Made by a program: the position numbers and the translations under genes. The notes below the pieces were generated by a model. That model made no database searches, was not told the origin of the DNA, and saw only the letters and a list, made by a program, of their open reading frames with translations. A stretch of 64,000 nucleotides of DNA, taken from assembly GCA_040285825.1 (NCBI GenBank), contig JAUPSS010000003.1, positions 3,596,001 through 3,660,000 on the forward strand, in the 5' to 3' direction. The DNA comes from Eukaryota sp. TZLM1-RC (lineage: Eukaryota; Protista; Metamonada: BaSk clade). Below are positions 1 through 12,023 of this stretch, piece after piece (the stretch's first letter is position 1; each line of letters opens with the position of its first letter).

Positions 1-769
1 ACTCAACTAATAATTAATTCAACCAAAAATAGAATAACAAATCACATTCCATACGAACTGATGTTTGGGTCATCTATCAGCCCAAGATCAGATCCTGCTA
101 ACATCCTAGGAGGCATTTTCGATTTTGAATCCAATGTACCAATTTTGCAAGACTTCAAATTTAAGAATGACCGTCTTCAAAAAAGATGGGAAGAAGCAGA
201 GCATCACCAATTATTAAACACACCCAGTGATACGAAAAACATAGATGAAAACACATTTAATATTGGTGACTATATTCTTCGAAAGACTAAACAACCTAAT
301 AAATGAGCACGGATTTTGGTTAGACTCATAACTGGTTTTAGAAACCCCCTACAACTCCACTTTATTTATAAAGAACCTGACGACTGGTGAACAAACAGAA
401 GTATCCAAGAGGGACTGTAAAATTTACAACACTGATGCTCCTAACGATGTTGATCTACTTAGGGCAATCGCAGCTACAGATTCAGGTAAACATGTCATCG
501 AAGAAATCCTTGACGAGTATAATACTGCTCAAGGAGACTACTGTACTGTAAGATGATTTGGTGGAGATACTACCGAGGAACCACTCCATTCTATCAGAAT
601 TCAGAAGCGTATCAACGATTTAATAAGAAACCAAATAAACGAAAACGTAAATCTATTGAATCCAACAACGCAGCTCGGGCTCTCCCCGTGCATCAGCAAA
701 AGCGTAATCCGCAAAGGAAGTGGAAGAACAACTGTACATAATTTTAATTAAGAAAACAGGAGAAGGTAG
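1..769 (+). pseudogene. 3' end of a degenerate Ty3/gypsy integrase (GPF/chromo-like tail) plus polypurine tract
   Basis: Frameshifted peptides 'PYELMFGSSISPRSDPAN', 'FNIGDYILRK' and 'YCT..W.G' parallel the integrase at 27068-28675. AGGAGAAGGTAG directly precedes TGTAGG. Confidence 0.8.
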
Positions 770-854
770 TGTAGGTATCTCACTAGTGAGTACCTAAGTA
801 TATATATAGAATAACATTAAATAAAATTATCTTTATCCTAACCCACCTTACACA
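770..854 (+). repeat. ~85-bp LTR (family D)
   Basis: Starts TG right after the PPT and ends near CTTACACA. A near-identical inverted copy lies at 60453-60540. Confidence 0.7.
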
Positions 855-859
855 TAAAT

Positions 860-1800
860 CTATACTGACACCCAGCTAGCATAATGCCTAACGGCAACAA
901 ATAAAAACATAGGAACATCGATTTTTGCATCAGGACCACCTGTCAGCTTGACTACTAGCGTCATTCCTTGCGATTCACTTACGACGTCTGCACATCGAAC
1001 TTCTTCATCTCCAACAAACCCTAAAGTCTTCCCATTGTCCATGTTAATTCTGAAATGTGTTTAATTGAAGTTAGAAATAAGAACATCTTCCAAGCTTTCC
1101 GCAAACCTGCGAGAAACAGTTTCTAAATGACACGCCACAGCTCGTTCAATTTGCTCCAGTTTAACAACACCCACAGAAAGTTTTCCTGTCTGTGTACGGT
1201 TGACAATATGTCTTTGTCGTAAACTGCTGTATCCATTTTGTTTGGATTCTTTCGGCAAGTGGTTTTATGCTTTTGTTTTGAGTATCTATTGGATCATGTC
1301 AATTTCTTTCAATTGGGATGGGTACTTTCTCTAAGAATGTGCAAAGCAACCTCTAGTAAGATGCTGGAATCAAGCTTACAGCACACCTTCTTCATAAGCT
1401 CGAATTCTCTTAGAAGATGTTTGTAGAGCCATTCAACTTAAGCAGCTGTTTTTCTTCCTCTTCCAGTTCTGGTCTTTAGCAACAGTTTTTTGACTGTTCT
1501 GCCCTGTTTCCGTTGAATGGAAATTTTTTCTGTTTCGAGGCTTTTCAAAAATGAATGACGTCCACCAGTTTGAAGCTTTCTTAATATTGGCGTTTGCAGA
1601 AGATCTAAAGTGTTCAGGAAACTGTTTGACAGCAGCTGCCATTAATCCTCTTTCAGTGGCTTCTTCTATAGCCCAGTTCTTTATCCACTGTAGAACAGAT
1701 TTTCGGGCTTGTTTTGTGGATACTTGTTGTATTCTTCTTTTGGAACCGACAGTGGAAGAAATTATTTCAGCAACAGGAGAGGTATCAGATTCGTTGATTC
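860..1800 (-). pseudogene. Degenerate DDE_1 (pogo/Tigger-like) transposase remnant
   Basis: Fragments 'ISNFN..INMDNGKTLGFVGDEEVRCADVVS..GMTLVVKLTGG..PMFLF' resemble the NxDET region of DDE_1 transposases. Multiple stops and frameshifts. Confidence 0.5.
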
Positions 1801-2226
1801 AGGCTCAGTAGCACATATATATAGATGGTTGTTCCACGTCTTCATCAAGAGGTGTAATGCGGGAAAATGCCTGGGGAAGAGGATACCCCGAAAAGCGGTT
1901 ATTCATAAATATATGTAATGAAGAATTGGAATTATTACAGTGTACACTTTATTGAATAAATACATTTTTGTTTTGAGCTTGAAGAAATAAAGGGTTGAAA
2001 ACACGAAAATTTACGGTACTGATTGAGGACCTATTTAGTCTCACTGAGACTAATTACTGCCAGCAGTGTAGATTTGAAAGAGGAGCCCAAACGTTGCTAT
2101 TTGTACGTGTTTTGCAAGCGTGTTTAAACACCGGTGTTCGAACACGTGCCGTGTTTTGTGCACTATGGCTTTCACAGAACATTCTAGTTGCTATTTGTAA
2201 ATTTCGCAATTTCAGATAGACTTTCA

Positions 2227-2739
2227 ATGAACTTTATCTCTATTCCTGGAAACTATTCGAGCTCTACAATCCCCACAATCCAATGTGGTTCTGATGGCCC
2301 TCTGTATGAACCAGATGAGGTACATTTATTAAGTGTACCAAATGTCCGGATTACTTATCACTACAGAGTAGCATCAGTGAAACTTGATGCTAGAGGGATC
2401 GTACATCTTACTACCCGTCATTTATATCTTCAAATTCACGATGATCCGGGTGGTACCTATTGTGTTGTTGTTAGCCTGCCTTCTATATCGAATGAACGGT
2501 TCAAACAACCTGTGTTTGGTGCAAATTTTCTGAGTGCCACCACTGTACTCGTTGATTCTACTTCCATGCAATTTAAATTGATCTTTGATAAAGGTGGTGC
2601 TGGGGTGTTTATGCCTCAGTTCTTTCGAGCATTAAGAAAAGCGAGGTTCAGTGAATCCGATGATAATGTTAGTATTCCGAACCTTCCAGAAGAACCTGGT
2701 GTGGGTTTTGAATCTGTAAATGGTAGGGTTTACTTGTGA
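2227..2739 (+). CDS. WBP2-like GRAM-domain protein (170 aa)
   Basis: Motifs G.VHLTT, 'FKQPVFGANFL' and 'FKLIFDKGGAGVF' match the WBP2/WBP2NL N-terminal GRAM domain. First ATG at 2227. Confidence 0.8.
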   Translation: MNFISIPGNYSSSTIPTIQCGSDGPLYEPDEVHLLSVPNVRITYHYRVASVKLDARGIVHLTTRHLYLQIHDDPGGTYCVVVSLPSISNERFKQPVFGANFLSATTVLVDSTSMQFKLIFDKGGAGVFMPQFFRALRKARFSESDDNVSIPNLPEEPGVGFESVNGRVYL

Positions 2740-3727
2740 ATTTGTAAATACAGTACTCATTTTGTTAATCGTTGTTTTTATAGATTGAAAAACACAACAA
2801 TTTCTCAAGGATAATCAATTTCCACATGTACAAATTGTAGAAGGTTCAGCATTTGAAGTGACATTGTGTTGTTTTTACAACAATGGTTTCTGACAGTAAA
2901 TTTGATGCCCCTTTCTATGCGTTTAAATTGAAGCAAAACTATGACAAATTTCACTCATTCTCACTCACACTCAATTCTCTACTTATCTACCTATGGTGAT
3001 AATTTCTCATATTTTTAATGATTGTTTAAGAAAGACCGTCAGAAATTTTACGATATTTTTTAAAATAAAAGAATTGTATTCTTTTTATGGGGATGGCGAA
3101 GAAAGTTTCTGATGCAGTGATTTCTTTTGGATCTAACTAGGAGAGAGTTGCATCTAGTTGATTAGTTTTGGCAGAGATGCATTATATACCTTTTGCTTAT
3201 AAATTATTTATATATTTTATTAATAAGTCGTTGAATAAACACATTTATTTAAAAAGAGACGACCTAAACATACAACTAAATATAAAAACTGACTAAATAT
3301 ACAAAACACAACAATTTCTGTGTAGGTCAAAATGTAAGTCCAAAAGTTTCAGATTACGTTTCCTGTCCCAGCAACAAAGCTGCAAATCTTTGTTTATAGA
3401 GTGAAGTGCTGATGTCCAACTACATGTCTCAAGACCAGAAAAGTGTTTGTTAAAAATTAAGAAAAGTAAAATATGGTCCGTCTACAGTCAACAAAAAAAT
3501 GAATGAATTGAATAGCACATCTAGTTGGAGTCTCTATCAATTTTTGTTTATTTGCTTCAAATTTTCTTTTGAGTGTATTTAGCGGCTTCTGCTATTGAAA
3601 CAAAAAGCGAGTCTAAAATCATTAGTCTAATACATTGTAAACAAACTGATGTGAATTGGTACTAAAAGTGAATTCCGAATGTTAAGTTAAGAATTAGAAC
3701 AACAGATCTACGACATTCACTTAACCC

Positions 3728-5293
3728 CTACAACAAATTTATCAAAATATTAGCATAAGGTTCGGATTGTGATACATTGACCAAAGATTTGGATGCCAGT
3801 ATCAAAAGCTGACTAAAGCTTTTAGCTACTTGAAACTTGGTGGTTCCACTGACAACTTCAACAAATACATCTCCTTGAGGAGGAAGTATATCAATCAAAT
3901 GAGCATAAAATTGGTGAGCATGAGCATCAAGTGAACCATCCAAAGTTGAGAGTGATACAGAATCATCAATGGGGATATCAAGATCAAATTTGTTTTGCAC
4001 CAAGTCAAAGTTATCTGCCAAGTAATCTTCATGACATGGAAAATTGAGTGAACTGGAAGGTGCTGTTGAGTAATCAGAGAACGATCTGTGAGAACCGCGA
4101 GGAGTATTCAATAAATTAGAGATATTTGGAGTATTTGGGTTACTCATAGCTCTCATTGCTTCGACATCGTCAACTTGGGGAATGTTCGAAAAAGATGACG
4201 TTCGGTGATGAAGATGAACATCCTGAACAGACTGTTCTAAACAAACTACATAGTGTGTGCGTAAAGCAAGGGGGCAGAAAAATGGTTCAAAGATGTGAAC
4301 ATCAGAATGTTTGATTTGGCAAACCTTCTTCAATGGAGCACAAATCTTTTTGGTGTTAGTTAACCATGTCCTCAACATTTCATTAGATAATTCAGTCGCT
4401 TCCTCACCAGCTGCTCTTCGCTTTCTTTGCTTTCTTCGAGGTTCAATTGTTGCTTCATCCGGTATTTCTTCGTGCGTTGTTGAGGTTGTGTTGTTAGGAG
4501 ATGCCACTTGATTTGCTTCTTCAGGAAACTCCAATGGAACACCACCAAAAAACGAAGGTAACGGATCATTGACGTTAGGTAGGCTTTCTAAACCATTAAT
4601 TCCAAAGAGGTCAGAATCGATGCCAGTAATTCCATCTATTTCCAATGCTAACACAGACGAGGGTGTGTGAACTGGAGTGCCTTGTGTATCGAACATGTTG
4701 AAACTTGAATTGACAAATGGTGATCCTAAGGACCTTTCTATGGCATCTGTACGTGTTCTTGAGCGAGGTCCGGTGGACGAAGACCGTGGTGTAAATCGAA
4801 TGACAGAACCTGGAATTGAAGCTTCACTGACAAGTTCATCAAGCTCAATAGGAATATCTTCAAAGTTGTAATTAGCACGTGCCTTTGTAACATCAATCAA
4901 CTTTGGTTGTTTCTTTAAATTTGGTTGGAAAGTTTTCCTTACTTTGATGAGAATATCATTGACGTCAGCTGAAGTAAGATAATGAAGGAAAGAGTCATAC
5001 AATAAACATAAGATGTTTTTCTTTCATGAATGACCACAAGACCATACAGAAGTACAGACGAAATTCTAAGCGAGATTTTGTTGGACTGCTGAACTTCAGC
5101 TCTGTGGTGAATGGTAAGCAGCATGGTACACACGCATAATCAACTATGTTTGAATCCATAATTGCCCTTTTTGACAATTTAGATTTCATTGTTCCAGCAA
5201 CCATAAGGTCAGAAGTGTCATGGAATCATACCAAAGCTTGGATAAGGCGCTACGGCTACGTTTACCAAGCACTTGATGTGCTAGAAAGACCAT
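3728..5293 (-). CDS. Rad21/Rec8-family cohesin kleisin, Rec8-like, ~490 aa, 3 introns (5203-5231, 5102-5133, 4969-5000)
   Basis: Spliced N-terminus MVFLAHQVLGKR..LSKLWVAGTMKSKLSKRAI..ISLRISSVLLYGLVVIHERKTSYVYSDVNDILIKVRKTF. C-terminal winged helix 'VAKSFSQLLILASK..VSQSEPYANI'. Removing 93 nt of introns leaves one open frame of 491 codons. Confidence 0.88.
4969..5000 (-). other. 32-nt spliceosomal intron (GTATGA...CTTAC-TTCAG)
   Basis: GT-AG; removal restores the kleisin motif YVYSDVND. Confidence 0.85.
5102..5133 (-). other. 32-nt spliceosomal intron (GTGTGT...TTCAC-CACAG)
   Basis: GT-AG; removal restores the frame (DYAAEVQQ). Confidence 0.8.
5203..5231 (-). other. 29-nt intron with non-canonical 3' end (GTATGA...CTGAC-CTTAT)
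   Basis: Splits the conserved Trp codon (TG|G) and has the same branch-point spacing as the other two introns, but ends AT. Confidence 0.6.
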
Positions 5294-5890
5294 GAGTTCA
5301 GTGGTTAATGTATATGATGGTGTGATAAAATAGAAAAAGACGGCAAAACTCTGTCTTTTCCCCTTTTTCCACATCATTTTGGTAATACCTATCTGCTGAA
5401 CATGTTACTCGTTTTCGTTGTGTACATCATTTATATTAACAAATGTTGATCTCATTTCTGTTCTGTTAACTTTTATCAAATATTACTAAGAATTTTCATA
5501 AATTAAACTGCTTTTGAAGTGTTGGAACATCAGCAAAACTTAATAAAAGTGTTCTTTAGAATCCTGTCCCTATATGCTTCTGTGGCAATTTCTGATTTGG
5601 TTTATAATAATCTCAAATTGTCAACTGAATTGATTTATCCATCCGGAGAGGATAATTCTTGTACTATGTGACAAACCTGAAAGTTCTCAACAATACGAGT
5701 CACTTCCATTGATCAATTGTGATATTCCTCCTTATTTATTAAACAAATGTACCAACATACTTTGTGTGGTACGTACCCATCAATAGAAAAACATTCAAAT
5801 CATAGGATAGTTGGTTAACAACTGGGTGGTTTTGAAAAATGGATTTTTTTACTCCCAACTCCTCAAAGTTCTCTTGATCCTTGTTAAAAC

Positions 5891-6275
5891 TCAGTCCGAC
5901 ACATCATGGTTTGAAACAGTCTCTGCCAATGGAACATACAACTTAGAATCTTCGCAAAACAATCTTCTATAGTTCTTAAATCCTCCTTCGAGAACACAAA
6001 TCTTTGTCTTATTCTGTGGATAGAGGGCTCGAAAAGTGTTTGAAAACACTCTATAACAAAAAGGTCCTCGTTCTTGACTCAAGTGGCAATGAAAGACGAC
6101 GAGATCAGGTGCAGCTTTTGAAACAAGGTGAGCCAGGTTATCGACAACCTGGATATCTTCAAACTGGTGAGAAGGAATGTTGATTGAGGTATGAAGTTTG
6201 CCTGAAGTGTAGTCATATGAATGTCCAACATCAAGGCACTTGTAGATTATTTTGTAGAGGATAGTGTTGGTGATA
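5891..6275 (-). CDS. Cdc25/Acr2-like rhodanese-fold phosphatase; no in-frame ATG found (5'-partial or pseudogene)
   Basis: In-frame 'CLDVGHSYDYTSGKLHTSINIP..VVFHCHLSQERGP..ICVLEGGF' with the HCX5R active-site motif. Confidence 0.7.
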
Positions 6276-7057
6276 GGCCTTCATATTTGTCTTAAGTTAT
6301 AGCTTTTTACTACAGTGAATCTTTTTTTGAAATATATTTATTTATGGTAACAATGTTTTCTTTATTGATGAGTTTCGAACCAGTTGTTGTTGTTTCAATT
6401 GTAAAAAAAGCCCAATATATTTGCAGTAGAGAGAGAAAACCTTATCATATTTCTCCTGTTTCAAACCACCTGAGCATCTATTGTTGACCGGAGAGGAGAA
6501 AAGACCTCCACCTTGAGGGTCTTGGAGCAATTTGGATACTGTTTGTAATACGTGTTCATGTAAGCACCTGTGGCTGGTCTCGTTCCACCTGGACCGGCAT
6601 GGCTATCAGGGACAGGAATGGAAATGTACTGCTTAGGGGAAGGTACGGGAGGTCGTTTGAGACGTGCAGAAGAGCCTTTTTTCTTAGCGGAGGTCTTTGA
6701 ACTGCGCTCGGTACGGGGTTGAGAGCGAGGAGCAGGAGGTGTGTACATGAACTGTAACGGTTGAGGCCTCGGCGGGAGAGTAGCATAAGATGCAGTTTGT
6801 GGAGGGCCAGTAGTGAGGTCATGAAGTGAGGGAGTAATAGAAAGAAGTTAAAAGATTACAGGAAGTCTTAAAGCTCGGAAAAGAAGGTAAGTGAGGGAAA
6901 TTAGAACCTAGTTAATGAAGTGAGGGGTAAGTGTGGGAATAGTGAAAACCTCCCAAAACCAACTTGAGGGTTAAAAACCTCCCAGAACAGACAACCAGAA
7001 GTCGAAAATGGGGCGACAAGTGTAAAATTTGATAGATGAGCTCTTTATTCTTACTAC

Positions 7058-9544
7058 ATGTCAGACACCCACTCTGTGTCACGTGTATTCACTCGGTCTT
7101 GTGCACTTAACTCACTGCTGACCCCTGCAGTGGTGAGCAAATTCGGACTGACCTTCCTTTGTTCACCGAGAATTGTCATGAAGCTTTTTTACTGCTTCAA
7201 TCTTTTCTTCTAAATTTTCCGTTGGCATCTAGAGCTTTAGTGGAACAGGATGTATGGTATCTTTTTATGACCGTCATCACCACTGCTTCTTTTCCAACGC
7301 CATCCACCTCTAAAGGCCAACGCCAATTACTCCATATCTTTTACAGTGGATTTCTTCCTGAATTCCCACAAGACAGGTCTCTTGTTTCTTCATCGCAAAA
7401 ATCTTTGGTGCCTTATAGAAATTCATTCAATCTTTTTCTCAATGCTTGGCTGCCCCTTCGGTATCTCTCAATTTTTGCAGATCTTTTAACAAACTTCGAG
7501 TCAATTTTTTTTCTTTTTTATTAGAAGTAAATGAATCTTTAATTCGAAGTCATGTATTTTGTTCAGCAGATTTGGGTGGCATTGGATTCACCAAATCTTC
7601 GATTCTGTGTAAAGCAGCATTTTTGGGAGGTGGTAAAAATTTTGTTTTTGAATTTTTCCAAAGGTTCCCTTTTGATGTTCATCTGATCAATGGTGAATCA
7701 AATTTTTATTTGAATCAACTTCAAATCGAATTAGATAACTTGCCTAGTGATATCTGGATTCAGTGTTTTCCTCAAAATGTTCAAGAAATTCCCACCCGAT
7801 CACTTCCAAATTTACGTTTTTGCTTGAAAAAGCTTCAGCACCATCTGGTTAAATTATATGAAGGCTTGGATTATGAAGTAAGACTTGGCTTGGCCAAAAC
7901 TAAAAATCCCGCTTTCGGTAATTTTTTAAAAGATATTCGTGATAGTTCAGCTGCTGCTTTAGTAACTCAAGTTCCCTCTGTTTATGGACTTTTGTTAAAA
8001 GACAATGAATGGCTTCTAAACATGCGTTTTCGTTGTTTTCTGTGGCCAAACAATTTGCCCAATCATTTAACTTGTAAATGTGGTAAACCTCTTTTGTTTA
8101 CTCATCTTTTGAACTGTAAACATTTCATTACGTTTAGAAGCAAAGTGCATAATAACGTCAGGGACCAAATTTATGTAATGTGCAAATCATATCGAGTAGA
8201 TTCCTTTTTAGAACCGCTGTTATCAAAATTAATTCTCGATGATCTTAATATTGATAGTACGCGTTACAACAGAGCTTCTATGGGTCTGACTAGAGGTGAT
8301 GTAGTTGTTCCTGGTTTAAATGGTAGTTTTACTATTTTGGACGCCATGTCTATTGACCCTTGTAATTCCTCTAACGAACATTTCATTAACTCGGATGTAA
8401 ATAATCCTCTTCTTGCAGGCGAAAAATATAAAATTGCTAAATATGCGAAACCCATTTCCTCGGTTAATGAAAATTCTCATGCCCAATATAATTTATGTCC
8501 ATTTGTTTTTTCTTTGCTTGGATCTCTAGGTAAGGCTGCTATGGCTTTCCTTGAGGATTTTGTTGTAGTTGTAAAGGAAAGAACTGGAAGAATTTTCAAT
8601 CGTGTTTACTGGCAAAACAGGATTGTATTTTCTATTTTTAAGGGAATGGTAACACTAATTTCTGATTCACTATCTTCTTTTGGGAAATTTTCTGAATCTT
8701 TAGCGATTAATTGTTTTGATGTAGGGGAGGCAGGTTTTGAGGATGTGGAGTTTTAATTGTGTATTTCATATTTGTTGTTGAATAAAAATAAATAAGGTAA
8801 AAAAAATGCTTGGCTGCAGACTCAGATTTGTAATTTTATCACTAGAAAAGGGCTTTCTCCTTATTTTGCTTGTCGGGCTCGTCAATTGGCGTCTAACGTA
8901 AAGACAAGTTTACCTAAAATTTGTCAATCCTGGACAAAAAACTTCATTCGTGCTCATTGTAGAGCTCTAGATAAAACGAATGTCTGTGCCAATTATCTTA
9001 TCTCTCTTTCACCAAATGAACTCTTAGCCCAACCGGAAAAAGTAGTTGGTGATTCTGTTCTCGAACACTACATCAATTTCAATCTGACTAATTCAAGAGA
9101 AAGATTCTTTTTATTAAATGCATGTGAGTTTATCTTGAATCTCCTTCAAAGATTTCCTACCACTGCTTCTCTACTGTCTTCACATGATAAAATCACCTTT
9201 TCATCAAAGAAAATTGGTGAGCTTTTTCTCTTTAATCTTAATATTCCACAATACTTACTCACTTTCTTTTCTCATATGCATTGCTCGAAGAAATTTAGAA
9301 TAATACCTTTAGCTTCTCACAAAGGTTCTAAATTTCATGAGGTACCTTCACATGTTTTCTATTCTGTGAAAAAATTCCCACTTATTGAAGGATCATCTTC
9401 CAAATCAAAGTTCATCAAAAATACATGTCTGAAAACGAATATTCAAACAATGTGCTTACCAAAAATTTAATATCAACAGAAAAAGTTTGAAAAATAGATT
9501 TAAAAAAAATATTTATTGCAAACTAATGGTAATGAACTGCTTTT
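7058..9544 (+). pseudogene. Fanzor1-like gene copy 1 (N-terminal half), interrupted by a CRE-like insert and truncated by an LTR at 9545
   Basis: Colinear with 22981-25582 from ~6935. ATG at 7058; frameshifts near 7137 and 9433. Confidence 0.75.
7454..8804 (+). mobile_element. 5'-truncated CRE-clade non-LTR retrotransposon (thumb, Zn knuckle, RLE endonuclease) with 13-bp TSD AATGCTTGGCTGC (7441-7453 / 8805-8817)
   Basis: 'LGGIG', 'CKC..HLLNC', 'RSKVHNNVRD', 'RGDVVV..ILDA' RLE motifs; A-rich 3' tail; exact TSD. Confidence 0.88.
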
Positions 9545-10097
9545 TAATGCTGTTTGTGTCATGTGAAACAATAAAGCGGGATAAAGAATATTTATTTGAA
9601 ATTCACTGGCCCTTATAAAGGCCATCACTAGTGAAGTCTATACTAGACTAATTGTCCACAGTACAACACTACCTTTTCCCTCTCTTAGATCTCGTGTGAG
9701 AGCTAAAAGAATTAACTGCAGGGGAATTAGTCTTAGAATTAGAATTGGAATTCGTTTTCCGTTTCCTGGTAGTGTGAGGACCAAGGGTACGCAAATATGA
9801 TTGGTATGCCTTAGTGCTTTTGACGTCAGCAACTGGGACAGACAATGTCTCGCCGTCATATCAAACTGCGGTGCAATAAGGAATTTTATTATCATTCGAG
9901 TCTATAAAATCGAAGTGATGCCGTTAGGCAGATGAACACACGAAGGGGAGAGAGAGAAATCTGCGTTTATTAATAAAACTGATTCATAAATGAGTATCAC
10001 ATCATCAGTCGAAATACAAAGAAACCTACTAATTCAATTTGAGTTCAACAACAACACTACTTTTTCCCACTTTTCTGAGGACAAATACAGTACTGTC

Positions 10098-10853
10098 TCA
10101 ATAGAGGGAAGATATGGGGTTTGTTAAACTCTTTGGTGCATCGTTTGTGTGACACACATAATTTACCTCATGTTTGATTTTAGTTGGACAATCGCGGGAA
10201 ATGTGTCCAGGCTTGTGGCACTTGAAGCACGATTGATTTTTTAAATCCTGAGAGCGCCAAGAGGACCTCGTTTTAGTGCCAGCCGTACGTTCCACATCAT
10301 TCACTGAGGTTTTGAAACCACGAGTCCATGAAGCAACCCTAGAGCAGTCCAACAGCTCATCAGTAGTGGTTTCGACAAGAGAGTGAAGATGTGCGAATAC
10401 ATCATCTCGAATTCTCGCTAGTAGAGAACGTTGAAGACCTACGGGAAGAATTCCTCTGGCAAATCGATTCAGAAAAGCTGTGTCTGGTAACTTCAGTCCG
10501 GAAGCCCTACTCTTTACCTGGAGGAAACGTCGCAGGTAACAGGACATACGTTCTCGGACGTCACCAATACGGACATCAAGCCTCAGTTCTGACATAGCCA
10601 GACTAAAATCTTCGTACGTGGCGAACGATACGACAGATTGTAGATGTCTAAGAAGAACATTGTCACTGGAAGAGACGTCGGATTTCTGGAGAGATAGGGA
10701 CTCTAACAGAAAAGAATCGACCAAGAGTCTTGCTGGAACAAGCTCTTTCTTAGAAGTCACAGAAGAATAGATCTTCCACTCTTGTAGGAACAAGAGAACA
10801 CTTTCAACTTTCATGGAAGAAAGAGACGGGAGGTTGACAGAAGGAACAGTCAT
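10098..10853 (-). CDS. Gag-like protein with CCHC zinc knuckle, 251 aa (unit 1, type A)
   Basis: Starts MTVPSV; CFKCHKPGHISRDC knuckle; intact. Confidence 0.8.
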   Translation of the reverse strand: MTVPSVNLPSLSSMKVESVLLFLQEWKIYSSVTSKKELVPARLLVDSFLLESLSLQKSDVSSSDNVLLRHLQSVVSFATYEDFSLAMSELRLDVRIGDVRERMSCYLRRFLQVKSRASGLKLPDTAFLNRFARGILPVGLQRSLLARIRDDVFAHLHSLVETTTDELLDCSRVASWTRGFKTSVNDVERTAGTKTRSSWRSQDLKNQSCFKCHKPGHISRDCPTKIKHEVNYVCHTNDAPKSLTNPISSLY

Positions 10854-11061
10854 CTGAAATAAGAAAAGCCAATAATTATTGATGCCGTTAGGCAGATGAA
10901 CACACGAAGGGGAGAGAGAGAAATCTGCGTTTATTAATAAAACTGATTCATAAATGAGTATCACATCATCAGTCGAAATACAAAGAAACCTACTAATTCA
11001 ATTTGAGTTCAACAACAACACTACTTTTTCCCACTTTTCTGAGGACAAATACAGTACTGTC

Positions 11062-11817
11062 TCAATAGAGGGAAGATATGGGGTTTGTTAAACTCTTTGG
11101 TGCATCGTTTGTGTGACACACATAATTTACCTCATGTTTGATTTTAGTTGGACAATCGCGGGAAATGTGTCCAGGCTTGTGGCACTTGAAGCACGATTGA
11201 TTTTTTAAATCCTGAGAGCGCCAAGAGGACCTCGTTTTAGTGCCAGCCGTACGTTCCACATCATTCACTGAGGTTTTGAAACCACGAGTCCATGAAGCAA
11301 CCCTAGAGCAGTCCAACAGCTCATCAGTAGTGGTTTCGACAAGAGAGTGAAGATGTGCGAATACATCATCTCGAATTCTCGCTAGTAGAGAACGTTGAAG
11401 ACCTACGGGAAGAATTCCTCTGGCAAATCGATTCAGAAAAGCTGTGTCTGGTAACTTCAGTCCGGAAGCCCTACTCTTTACCTGGAGGAAACGTCGCAGG
11501 TAACAGGACATACGTTCTCGGACGTCACCAATACGGACATCAAGCCTCAGTTCTGACATAGCCAGACTAAAATCTTCGTACGTGGCGAACGATACGACAG
11601 ATTGTAGATGTCTAAGAAGAACATTGTCACTGGAAGAGACGTCGGATTTCTGGAGAGATAGGGACTCTAACAGAAAAGAATCGACCAAGAGTCTTGCTGG
11701 AACAAGCTCTTTCTTAGAAGTCACAGAAGAATAGATCTTCCACTCTTGTAGGAACAAGAGAACACTTTCAACTTTCATGGAAGAAAGAGACGGGAGGTTG
11801 ACAGAAGGAACAGTCAT
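11062..11817 (-). CDS. Gag-like CCHC protein (unit 2, type A)
   Basis: Intact 251-aa ORF. Confidence 0.8.
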   Translation of the reverse strand: MTVPSVNLPSLSSMKVESVLLFLQEWKIYSSVTSKKELVPARLLVDSFLLESLSLQKSDVSSSDNVLLRHLQSVVSFATYEDFSLAMSELRLDVRIGDVRERMSCYLRRFLQVKSRASGLKLPDTAFLNRFARGILPVGLQRSLLARIRDDVFAHLHSLVETTTDELLDCSRVASWTRGFKTSVNDVERTAGTKTRSSWRSQDLKNQSCFKCHKPGHISRDCPTKIKHEVNYVCHTNDAPKSLTNPISSLY

Positions 11818-12023
11818 CTGAAATAAGAAAAGCCAATAATTATTGATGCCGTTAGGCAGATGAACACACGAAGGGGAGAGAGAAATCTGCGTTTATTAAT
11901 AAAACTGATTCATAAATGAGTATCACATCATCAGTCGAAATACAAAGAAACCTACTAATTCAATTTGAGTTCAACAACAACACTACTTTTTCCCACTTTT
12001 CTGAGGACAAATACAGTACTGTC

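Noticed and set aside
6400-6830. P/S-rich ORFs and a ~60-bp match to 60020-60078
   Set aside because: No recognisable domain; probably a fragment of an unclassified repeat.
7446-8756. Stand-alone 436-aa endonuclease gene
   Set aside because: The apparent start is a TTG inside the TSD. It is the truncated 3' end of a retrotransposon ORF.
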